Assembly: GCA_964567915.1 (NCBI GenBank)
Contig: CAZMPA010000002.1
Location: 1 to 27,306, forward strand
Direction: 5' to 3'
DNA from: an uncultured Isosphaeraceae bacterium
GTDB taxonomy: Bacteria; Planctomycetota; Phycisphaerae; Phycisphaerales; SM1A02
Length of the DNA: 27,306 nucleotides
The notes below the pieces were generated by a model, which worked only from the letters and a program-made list of their open reading frames with translations, ran no database searches and had not been told where the DNA came from. The stretch's first letter is position 1. Each line of letters starts with the position of its first letter. The position numbers and the translations under genes are program-made. Shown piece after piece: positions 10,773 through 18,084 of this stretch.

Positions 10773-12478
10773 TTGGACGCGGGCCCGTCGATCACCTCGT
10801 CGAACCGGTCTCGGAAGAACCGGCTCGCCGCCCGGCGGTACGCGGTGGCGGGCTGCGTTTCGCCGTCCCAATACCCTTCACCCTCCCAACCGCCGCGGAG
10901 CCAGCCCGCTTTGATCGCGGCCCGCCCCTCCGGGGTGTCGAGCGTCAGAACCTCGCCATCTCCTCGCTGCACAACCGGCATAGCGTCAAACGCGTCGAGC
11001 ATCGCCGAGAGTTCTGGATCGTCGACATCACTCGCAGTGACAATGTCGTCGCGTTCCATCGGATACGCCGGGTGCGTGATGATCGCGTGCCAGGCCGCTT
11101 GTAACCGGCCCCGCTCATCCATTGCCATTGCCTGCATGAGCGGCGCGATGAAGGACCGCATGTTGCGGTCGTCGAACTCGGGGGTGGCTGCATTCTCGAA
11201 CGGATCGACCCGATCCATGAACCGATCAAAGTGATGCTCATACAGCGACGCCCGTACGGGGAGCCTTCGGAGCGCGTATTGCCTTGGGCCCAGTCCGCCG
11301 CCCCCAGGCTCGAACTGCCACAGCGCCTGCCCCTCCTCGGAAAGGGTGAATTCGATGAACCTCGCGGCCAACTCGGGATCAGGAGGATTGGCAAGCATGG
11401 AAATCGGATCCGGATCCAGCGTGGTCTGGCCCGGCGGATCCACATACACAAGCCTGCCCGCGGCGCCATGATCTGCGAGCGCCTGCTGCTGGTACCGGCC
11501 GAAGAAGTCGATGCTCACCCCCATGGCAGCATCTCCGGCAGCGACATCGGTCGGGCCCCGCAGCGACGAAGCTGAGATGGTCCGCGCATTGGCGGCGGCG
11601 CGGCGGAGGATCTGCCAGCCGTGTCGCCAGCCAAGCCGCTTGAGAATGGTCTCAAACGCGGTCGTCACCGAGCCCGACTGCGCGGGATTGACCATGGACA
11701 CACTGGCCTCGAGCCTGGGGTGGGCGAGGTCCGCCCACTCGTCCGGCATGGGCAGCCCGCGGGCCCCCAATTCGTCGGCGTTGGCCACCAGACCAAAGCT
11801 TGACATGGCCGTTCCAAACCAGTGCCCGTCCGAGTCCCAAAGGGCCGTACCGGCCACCGAGTCACGACCATAGACATGCGGCAGTTCATGCAGCGCGATC
11901 GGCGGCACGTCGCTGATGGACGCAGAAGCGTCGATCCGCCACACAGAGGCTGCGCCGGCGTCGCTGGTCTGCGTGAGGCTGGCTCGCACCACGCCCGTGG
12001 CCGCAGTGCCCCGCTGTTTGGCGGCCTCGATGTCCTGCACACCCACGCCCTTCAGCCAGGCGGTCACGTCGGCATCGGTGAGAGCCAGGAGTTTCACGGA
12101 CGAGCCCTGCTTGAGCTTGCTGTGCTCGTACGAGCCGCCCCCGAACACCAGATCGGCGTCCCCGCCGGGCTGCCGGCCCTGCTTGAGCGCCGCGGCCCAC
12201 TGCGCTTTGAGCATGCGGCGGATTTCACTCGTTCCACCCGGAACACTCCAGACAAGATCGACCGGTTCGTCGAACGTCTCGACATGCCACGCTTCGAAGG
12301 CGTCTTCAAACTCGGCCCGGATCTGCTCGTTGTGAGGTGTCACGATGACCAGTTGTCGCGCTGCGCCGCTGCCCGCCGGCGCTGCCCCCTGGAACACGAG
12401 CGGAAGAAGCAGCACGATCAGGAAGAGCGTGACGACAACACACTCCTTCCAACCGATCCATGTCGGCTTGATCGCCAT
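10769..12478 (-). CDS. ABC transporter extracellular solute-binding protein (AfuA/FutA-like class), N-terminal TM anchor
   Basis: N-terminal hydrophobic helix, VTPHNEQIR, DLVFGGG, MSSFGLVAN, WADLAHP, PAQSGS, AAMGVSIDF, LDPDPISML, AARFIEFTLSEEGQ. Ligand cannot be determined from sequence. Confidence 0.85.
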   Translation of the reverse strand: MAIKPTWIGWKECVVVTLFLIVLLLPLVFQGAAPAGSGAARQLVIVTPHNEQIRAEFEDAFEAWHVETFDEPVDLVWSVPGGTSEIRRMLKAQWAAALKQGRQPGGDADLVFGGGSYEHSKLKQGSSVKLLALTDADVTAWLKGVGVQDIEAAKQRGTAATGVVRASLTQTSDAGAASVWRIDASASISDVPPIALHELPHVYGRDSVAGTALWDSDGHWFGTAMSSFGLVANADELGARGLPMPDEWADLAHPRLEASVSMVNPAQSGSVTTAFETILKRLGWRHGWQILRRAAANARTISASSLRGPTDVAAGDAAMGVSIDFFGRYQQQALADHGAAGRLVYVDPPGQTTLDPDPISMLANPPDPELAARFIEFTLSEEGQALWQFEPGGGGLGPRQYALRRLPVRASLYEHHFDRFMDRVDPFENAATPEFDDRNMRSFIAPLMQAMAMDERGRLQAAWHAIITHPAYPMERDDIVTASDVDDPELSAMLDAFDAMPVVQRGDGEVLTLDTPEGRAAIKAGWLRGGWEGEGYWDGETQPATAYRRAASRFFRDRFDEVIDGPASK

Positions 12479-13356
12479 CAGCGAAGTCCCGCCGCGGTGC
12501 GCGATTCTTCGGCCAATTCAGGTGCGGCCCGAGATACGGCCGCCGTCCAATCTTCGCCGGCCTTCGGTTCCGCGTAGATCACGGACCGGCTGGCCGTCAG
12601 AAGCGCGCCGTGTCCATCAGGGCCGAAGAGGGGCTTGCAGTCCTGCACAGCGCCGCCCTGAGCGCCGATCCCGGGCACCAGCAGGATGACGCCAGGCATT
12701 CGGTCTCGAAGTGACTCGGCTTCCGACGGGTGTGTCGCACCGACCACAGCACCGACGTCAGTCCATCCCTGCCACGCCGGTCGGTCGGCCGCCATGGCGG
12801 CCACCAGATCCGCCATGGCCTCAGACATGGTGCGACCATCGGCCAGAGTGAGTTGCTGCACCTCACCTGCGCCCGGGTTCGATGTCCGAACCAGTACGAA
12901 CACACCCCCATGTTCGAGATACGGCCGCATGGTCTCCCGCCCGAGCCATCCATTCACCGTCAGCCAGTCCGGCGCGGGGCCGCGTCGCTTGAAAGCGGCA
13001 GCTGCATAGTGCGCCGCACTCACGCCGATATCACCACGTTTGGCGTCGAGTATGACGGGCAGGTTTCGCTCCGCCGCGGCAGCCAGCACATCGTCCACAA
13101 TCGCAACGCCCTCGGGACCGTGCCGCTCGTAGCACGCGGACTGAACCTTGACGCAAGCCACATGGTCGGCCACAGCGTCGATCACACCCAACGAGAACGA
13201 CCGGACGGCGTCGATGGACCTGCCCCCGGGCAGACGATCCAGAACCGGGTCAAGCCCGACGCAGGCCGCACCGCCACTCCGGTCCATTGCCTCCACGAGC
13301 CGCTTGGCCGGGCCACACACGATCTGATCTGGGTTGCATTGCATCAGGTGTTCCAC
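12478..13356 (-). CDS. pyrF: Orotidine-5'-phosphate decarboxylase (subfamily 2)
   Basis: CVGLDP, KVQSACYE, LDAKRGDIG, LVRTSNPG, GAVVGAT, LVPGIGAQGG, ASRSVIYA. Start uncertain (ATG 13368, GTG 13356 or ATG 13344). Stop overlaps the next start (TGATG). Confidence 0.95.
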   Translation of the reverse strand: MEHLMQCNPDQIVCGPAKRLVEAMDRSGGAACVGLDPVLDRLPGGRSIDAVRSFSLGVIDAVADHVACVKVQSACYERHGPEGVAIVDDVLAAAAERNLPVILDAKRGDIGVSAAHYAAAAFKRRGPAPDWLTVNGWLGRETMRPYLEHGGVFVLVRTSNPGAGEVQQLTLADGRTMSEAMADLVAAMAADRPAWQGWTDVGAVVGATHPSEAESLRDRMPGVILLVPGIGAQGGAVQDCKPLFGPDGHGALLTASRSVIYAEPKAGEDWTAAVSRAAPELAEESRTAAGLR

Positions 13357-13366
13357 GGGCGGGACC

Positions 13367-13372
13367 ATGATA
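13367..13372 (-). promoter_or_regulatory. -10 hexamer TATCAT for the pyrF operon
   Basis: Minus-strand TATCAT 10 nt before in-frame GTG 13356. The ORF-track ATG 13368 lies inside this hexamer. Confidence 0.5.
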
Positions 13373-13388
13373 CCGGTCCCGCAGCGGG

Positions 13389-13394
13389 TACCCT
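13389..13394 (+). promoter_or_regulatory. -10 hexamer TACCCT, leaderless start of the DUF971 gene
   Basis: TACCCT-cggggc-ATG(13401): 6-nt spacing. Confidence 0.6.
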
Positions 13395-13400
13395 CGGGGC

Positions 13401-13730
13401 ATGGACCCGCCGCGACATCTCCACCTCGATCGCCGTACGGGCCTGGAGGTCGTGTGGTCCGACGGGAGCGCGTCCCGCTACCCCATCGCCCATCTCAGAC
13501 GGTGGTCACCCTCGGCAGAGGCCCGAGCGGCTCGCACTGAATTGGAGACCAACCCGCTGGCGGTCCTTCCGCAACAGTCGACCCCGTCCGAGGAACTCGA
13601 AGCGGTTGGAATCGAGCGAATCGGCACGTACGCGGTACGGATCGAGTTCAATGACGGACATCGGACCGGGCTCTATTCCTGGGAGTGGCTGAGCCGCATC
13701 GACCCGCATCGCATGGATCAGAACGCATGA
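13401..13730 (+). CDS. DUF971 / GBBH-like N-terminal domain protein
   Basis: LEVVWSDG, LRRWSPSAE, IGTYAVRIEFNDGHRTGLYSWEWL. Confidence 0.9.
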   Translation: MDPPRHLHLDRRTGLEVVWSDGSASRYPIAHLRRWSPSAEARAARTELETNPLAVLPQQSTPSEELEAVGIERIGTYAVRIEFNDGHRTGLYSWEWLSRIDPHRMDQNA

Positions 13731-14239
13731 ATGAGACGCTGATCGACCCGCTCACTTCCCCGCCGTCGGTCACTCCGGATCTGCCGGACCGCGATGTATG
13801 GTTCGGCCAGATCATCCCGGGCACCGACGCGGCAAGCAATGCGGTCTCGCACGTTTCAAATGTCGAGTACGTACGGTGGCTGGATCAAGTCGGGCAGTCG
13901 CACCTGGCTTCGCTGGGTTGGACCAGTGAACAGTTGATTGCAGCAGGCGCCATGTGGTTCGTCGCGCGACACGAGATTGACTATCGCCTCGAGGTCCATG
14001 CTGGCGAACCGCTTCTGGTGGCCACGTGGGTACGTAATCTCCGCCGCGTCAAGTCGTGGCGGGACACAGTCATCTGGCGAGCGGGCACCGCGGAACCAAG
14101 CATCGTCAGCACGGCTTCGACGCTGTGGGTGCACGTGGATCTGGATCTTCGCCGGCCCGTCACGCCGCCGCCCGAGATGGCAGCGCGACTTCGCGAGGCT
14201 TCGTCGGACATGGACCCGTCATGGCGAGTACGCGTCTGA
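13727..14239 (+). CDS. Acyl-CoA thioesterase (hotdog fold, 4HBT/FadM-like)
   Basis: HVSNVEYVRWL, WFVARHEIDY, LLVATWV, WVHVDLDLRRP. ATG 13727 overlaps the upstream stop (ATGA). Confidence 0.85.
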   Translation: MNETLIDPLTSPPSVTPDLPDRDVWFGQIIPGTDAASNAVSHVSNVEYVRWLDQVGQSHLASLGWTSEQLIAAGAMWFVARHEIDYRLEVHAGEPLLVATWVRNLRRVKSWRDTVIWRAGTAEPSIVSTASTLWVHVDLDLRRPVTPPPEMAARLREASSDMDPSWRVRV

Positions 14240-15282
14240 TGCGGGTCGCGTTGACCATCGACTCTGATCGACTGCTGGATGACCGTCCAGCACTCGCCTC
14301 GGTGGCCCGCGGGCTGGCGGACGCTGGCATCCAGCAGACGCTCGTCGCAGCCGACGCGACGTCGCCCCCGCTCGTCGATGACCTTGACGTCGTTGCGGCG
14401 CCGATGCCGCTTCGGTGGACCCGCCGCACCGGCAAGCTGGACGCAGCCGCACAAGCGTTGTCCAGGTCGCCCGTCGACGTGCTGTTCTTCAGCGGCGACG
14501 ACGCAGCTCGAACAGCGCATGAACTCGCGTCGAGGCTGGAAGTACCGATCGCATGCGATGTCTGGAAGTCCAGCCAGGTGGAGAATGCGAAGCGATCGCC
14601 GTTTGTCGACACGTGGATTGCCAGAACCGACTCGCTCGCCGAGGGACTGCGGTCATCACTTCAGCACGGAACCGTCATCACGGCCCGGCCCCCCATCGAT
14701 GCAGGATCGGTCGCGCGGCTTCCGGACACGCGGCCGTCGCTGGTGATGTTGGATCCGGGCGGCTCAAAAAAACACGGGCCGCAGATGATTGAGGTCCTCG
14801 CGGCAGTCCTGGAAGCGAGGTCGGATCTCGAAGTCTTTCTTGAACTCAGAGGGCCACGCGCGAATCGCCTCTGGAAGGCCGCTGACGATTTGAACATCCT
14901 CGGAAGCGTGACAGTGCTCGATCGCCTGGGCATGCTTGCGCCACTCGTCGGCGGCGCCACCATCGTTGCGGCGCCCGATCCGGATGGGCCCGCCAGAAGC
15001 CTCCTGCCAATGGCGATGTGTGGCGGCGCTGCCGTCGTCGCCGCGAGCACCGTTCAGGATGATTTGCTCGTCTCAAACGAGACGGCCCTCCTCATCGAAC
15101 ACCCCGAGCCAGACTCGTGGGTCAAGGCCATTCTGGGCTTGCTCTCAGACCCGGCAACGCGTCAGCGGATCAGCCACGCCGCCGCTCAAACTGCCCGAGA
15201 AGCGTGCCGCCCCGACACCGCCGTGGCCGCCTGGGTGACCGCCCTGACCGCCGCGGCGGAGCCTGCCCCCTACACGCTCTAA
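14239..15282 (+). CDS. GT-B fold, GT4-like glycosyltransferase (divergent)
   Basis: N-terminal MRVALT..., and a C-terminal AMxGGxxVVAA...DLLVSNETALLI...AILGLLSDPATRQRISHAA typical of Glycos_transf_1. Start ATG 14239 overlaps the upstream stop (TGATG). Confidence 0.75.
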   Translation: MRVALTIDSDRLLDDRPALASVARGLADAGIQQTLVAADATSPPLVDDLDVVAAPMPLRWTRRTGKLDAAAQALSRSPVDVLFFSGDDAARTAHELASRLEVPIACDVWKSSQVENAKRSPFVDTWIARTDSLAEGLRSSLQHGTVITARPPIDAGSVARLPDTRPSLVMLDPGGSKKHGPQMIEVLAAVLEARSDLEVFLELRGPRANRLWKAADDLNILGSVTVLDRLGMLAPLVGGATIVAAPDPDGPARSLLPMAMCGGAAVVAASTVQDDLLVSNETALLIEHPEPDSWVKAILGLLSDPATRQRISHAAAQTAREACRPDTAVAAWVTALTAAAEPAPYTL

Positions 15283-15351
15283 GCAGGCAGCACGCTGATA
15301 CTCCACCGCCCGGTGTCTGTGGTGGCTATCTCCTTGCGTGGAAGGCGCCAA

Positions 15352-15469
15352 GAGGGGGAACGCCTGCGGCCAGTGGATCCGCAGACCGTAGAAAGTTCAT
15401 CAAGAGCAGGCCGAAAGACCGAACCAAACCACGGCTCGTCTAGTGTGATCAATCCGTCTTTCTCCCCTC
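15352..15469 (+). ncRNA. Candidate structured non-coding RNA of unassigned family (boundaries and strand tentative)
   Basis: Lies in a 240-bp convergent gap. The ends pair (GAGGGGGAA 15352-15360 with TTCTCCCCTC 15460-15469), short helices nest inside, a GAAA tetraloop sits near the centre (15413-15416), and a + strand terminator follows. Folded by eye only. Confidence 0.35.
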
Positions 15470-15470
15470 C

Positions 15471-15511
15471 CCCCCGTTTCGGCCTTGTGTCGGGACGGGG
15501 GTCTTGCTTTT
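15471..15511 (+). terminator. Intrinsic terminator
   Basis: 11-bp stem CCCCCGTTTCG/CGGGACGGGGG with a 9-nt loop, then TCTTGCTTTT. Two G-U pairs form only in the + strand RNA, which supports this orientation. Confidence 0.65.
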
Positions 15512-15522
15512 GACTTGAGGGG

Positions 15523-16680
15523 TCAGGTGGCGGTCATGAGTTCACGCAGGATCGTCAGTCCCTGCTTCAATTTCACGTCATCGCAAGCGAAGCTGATGCG
15601 GATATGCGTGTCGCGGCTACTGAACACTCCCCCTGGAATGGTGACGACATTGCGCTCAATCGCCGCTTCGGAGAATTCTGTTCCTGACATACCAAGCCGC
15701 TCGGGTACTTCAACGAACGCATAGAAGGCCCCGCCGCAGTCTGAAACCGAGGTGATGTCACCAAGCATGTCGCGAACCAGATCGCGGCGAGATTCAAAGT
15801 GGTCGATCACAGGCGACATGTCGACGTCATAGGCCTTGACCATTGCGGCCTGCGCCATCGACGGGGCGCACACGAATGAGTACTGCTGAAACTTCGCCAT
15901 CTGGGCAATCAGCCACGAGGGGCCTGCGGCCCACCCGAGCCGCCACCCGGTGCACCCATAGGTCTTCCCGAAGCCACGAATGAGCAACATGTCCTGCGTG
16001 TGCCGCGCGGGACTTGCGCACGCGCACGAATCTCCACGGGATTCGGAGTAGGTAAACAGATCGTAGATCTCATCGGACACCAACATGACGCCGCGGCTCA
16101 CGCACAGATCGGCCAGATCATGCATCTCGCGATCCGTCAGCACGACACCGGTCGGGTTGCCGGGCGAGTTGACAAGAACGATGCGAGTCTGATCAGTGAT
16201 GAGCGGCTCCACTCGCTCCGCAGTCATTCGAAAGTCGCCATAGGTGTCGCACGGAACAATCGTCGCGCCGGTCATGGGGCCGAGCGCGGGGTACACCACG
16301 AACCAGGGATCGGGAATGATGGCTTCGGTGCCCGGGCCGCAAAGCGACATACATGCCAGCACAAGCGCGCCGCTGGTCCCGGAGGTCACCAGGATGTCTA
16401 TGTCGTCGGCCGCAGTGTCCCAGCCGACGTCCGCGGACAAGTTTCGTTGAATGGCTTCCCGGAGGTCTCCCGCACCAGCCGTGAGCGTGTACCCGTTCCG
16501 ACCTTCCCGAATCGCCTCGATCGCGGCGGCTCGCAGCGGCTCCGGCACTTCAAAGTCCGGCTGACCAATCGAAAGGTTGATGGGGTCGGGAAGCGAAGCC
16601 CCGAGTTGAAACGCTCGGCGAATGCCCGACACGTCGACATCCCGAGCCCGTTGGCTGAGCAGTCGTTCCGGATCAAGCAC
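15523..16680 (-). CDS. PLP-dependent aminotransferase class I/II (aspartate aminotransferase-like)
   Basis: INLSIGQPDF, YTLTAG, VTSGTSGAL, NSPGNPTG, SDEIY, PLP-lysine motif GFGKTYGCTGWRLGW, GAFY, PGGVF, IRISFA. SD-like GGAGG precedes GTG 16680. Substrate not determinable. Confidence 0.93.
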   Translation of the reverse strand: MLDPERLLSQRARDVDVSGIRRAFQLGASLPDPINLSIGQPDFEVPEPLRAAAIEAIREGRNGYTLTAGAGDLREAIQRNLSADVGWDTAADDIDILVTSGTSGALVLACMSLCGPGTEAIIPDPWFVVYPALGPMTGATIVPCDTYGDFRMTAERVEPLITDQTRIVLVNSPGNPTGVVLTDREMHDLADLCVSRGVMLVSDEIYDLFTYSESRGDSCACASPARHTQDMLLIRGFGKTYGCTGWRLGWAAGPSWLIAQMAKFQQYSFVCAPSMAQAAMVKAYDVDMSPVIDHFESRRDLVRDMLGDITSVSDCGGAFYAFVEVPERLGMSGTEFSEAAIERNVVTIPGGVFSSRDTHIRISFACDDVKLKQGLTILRELMTAT

Positions 16681-16743
16681 GGGGGAATCCCTCCACGGCG
16701 AAGGGCCATGCCGGGCAATGTCGACCGGTGGCCGACGTCACGC

Positions 16744-16989
16744 TCACTCTGAGGCGGCCTCGGCCTCGGCGCCGCCCTCGGTGGCATCGCCCTCTCCGGC
16801 AGCTTCCTTCTTGGGCTTCTTGGTGACCACAGCACGATTGCCGACCTTCCGCAGACCGATTGGTGAATCGGCCTCGGGATCAAAGTCGCCCTCGTTCATC
16901 AGCCGCGCAACGCGTTCATTGCGGGTGAGCACGTTTCGGTGCTGGTTGAGGCCGGCAGGCTTCGTTTTCAGACTTCGGTGGAGGCTCAT
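16744..16989 (-). CDS. PVC-superphylum signature small basic protein (TIGR04137-like)
   Basis: MSLHRSL...HRNVLTRNERVARL...DSPIGLRKV matches the family pattern MSxHxSL...RNVLxRxER...S.xGLxKV, recognised from memory. Acidic C-terminal tail. Confidence 0.85.
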   Translation of the reverse strand: MSLHRSLKTKPAGLNQHRNVLTRNERVARLMNEGDFDPEADSPIGLRKVGNRAVVTKKPKKEAAGEGDATEGGAEAEAASE

Positions 16990-17651
16990 GGTCGATCGCC
17001 CTTGCGCATCAGGTACTTGTCATCAAAGCTCGTGTTTCCGCCGTTGGCACGCCAGAGCCGCCCCACGGCGGCGATCTTTTCGGCGAGTTCCTGAACTGCT
17101 GGGTCAGACGACCGGTCCGACTGCAGCCCGGGAAGGGCGAGGAGCTTCGCGAGCCGAGCATTGTCGCCCGAAACCACTTTCACTTCAAGTCCCTGGCTGC
17201 GACAGTACGCCGCGAGCCGCTCCATGTCGCTGGGACGCCACTCGGCAAGCACGAAGTAATACAGGCCTGCCACCAGCGGATCGCCTGCTGGGCGCTCTGA
17301 AGGGACATTTTGGCCGACCGCATGCGTCGCCTGGGCCGGCTCTTGGGGGGGTGTCGCTGTTTCCACCTTCAAGGGATCGCTCACTCGAACGGCCTGGACG
17401 GCTTCGTTCGCGCTGGCAGTCCGAGCTTCTTCAGCGCCAGCCCCACGGCCAAGCGCCCAGGCGATGACCACAAGCGCCCCGCCGCCCAGAATGATCAGCC
17501 ACATGAAACCGAGCGGAATCCGCATGCTGGTTCGAGGTGGAGCCTCCTCATTCGGTTGGCCTGAGCCGTCCGGCGAGTGCCCTTGACCGGCGCGATTGAG
17601 TCGTGATTGCCCGACTTCGTACAACGATGGTCGCGACCCGCGTCTAGCCAT
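16986..17651 (-). CDS. Bitopic membrane protein with Pro/Ala linker and a putative SPOR-like C-terminal domain
   Basis: Basic N-terminus, one TM helix (about aa 46-67), a low-complexity linker, and a C-terminal beta-alpha-beta-beta-alpha pattern. Overlaps both neighbours (translational coupling). Confidence 0.7.
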   Translation of the reverse strand: MARRGSRPSLYEVGQSRLNRAGQGHSPDGSGQPNEEAPPRTSMRIPLGFMWLIILGGGALVVIAWALGRGAGAEEARTASANEAVQAVRVSDPLKVETATPPQEPAQATHAVGQNVPSERPAGDPLVAGLYYFVLAEWRPSDMERLAAYCRSQGLEVKVVSGDNARLAKLLALPGLQSDRSSDPAVQELAEKIAAVGRLWRANGGNTSFDDKYLMRKGDRP

Positions 17652-18045
17652 CTGTCACATCTCCCTGAAAACCAATCACGCTGGCAATCGCCATTCCACC
17701 GGCGTGGGAGAGCGAAATCTCCCAGCGATCGACGCCCCGCTCCGCAGCCAGCGTCGCCGTATGGCCAGATAGTGCCACCTCAGGCGCGCCGCCGGCGCGG
17801 TGTGAGACCGACACGTCGGTCCACGCAGTGCCACCGGCCCACCCGCATCCGAGTGCCTTGAACACCGCTTCCTTGGCAGCGAACCGGGCCGCGTAGCGTT
17901 CCAATCGACCGGGCGGCGACGATTCGGCATAGCAACGCTCGGCATCGGTAAAGACTCTCGTCACGAACCGCTCCCCGTGGGACTGCACGAGGCCCGCGAT
18001 GCGGTCGATGTCGACGATGTCCACTCCATGCAGAAGGCTCGTCAT
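17644..18045 (-). CDS. acpS: Holo-[acyl-carrier-protein] synthase
   Basis: HGVDIVDIDRI, RVFTDAER, YAARFAAKEAVFKALG, GAPEV, ISLSH. Confidence 0.96.
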   Translation of the reverse strand: MTSLLHGVDIVDIDRIAGLVQSHGERFVTRVFTDAERCYAESSPPGRLERYAARFAAKEAVFKALGCGWAGGTAWTDVSVSHRAGGAPEVALSGHTATLAAERGVDRWEISLSHAGGMAIASVIGFQGDVTDG

Positions 18046-18052
18046 GCCAGCA

Positions 18053-18058
18053 AGTGTA
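18053..18058 (-). promoter_or_regulatory. -10 hexamer TACACT, leaderless start of acpS
   Basis: Minus strand TACACT-tgctggc-ATG(18045): 7-nt spacing. Confidence 0.6.
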
Positions 18059-18084
18059 CTGCTCCCCCGGGCCTCCAGCCGGAC

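Noticed and set aside
15405-15425. Canonical SRP RNA call from CAGG-CC-GAAA
   Set aside because: The conserved AGCAG/AGCAA strand of the helix-8 symmetric loop is absent, so it is left as an unassigned ncRNA candidate.
15396-15455. SAM-I riboswitch resemblance (TTCATCAAGAGCAGGCCGAAAGACC...)
   Set aside because: GAGGGA/GGCCC pseudoknot bases and GCAACC are missing, P2 does not pair, there is no room for P3/P4, and no same-strand gene lies downstream.
16681-16743. Small hairpins upstream of the aminotransferase, one covering the SD
   Set aside because: Short GC stems with 3-nt loops are common by chance; no riboswitch or thermometer consensus recognised.
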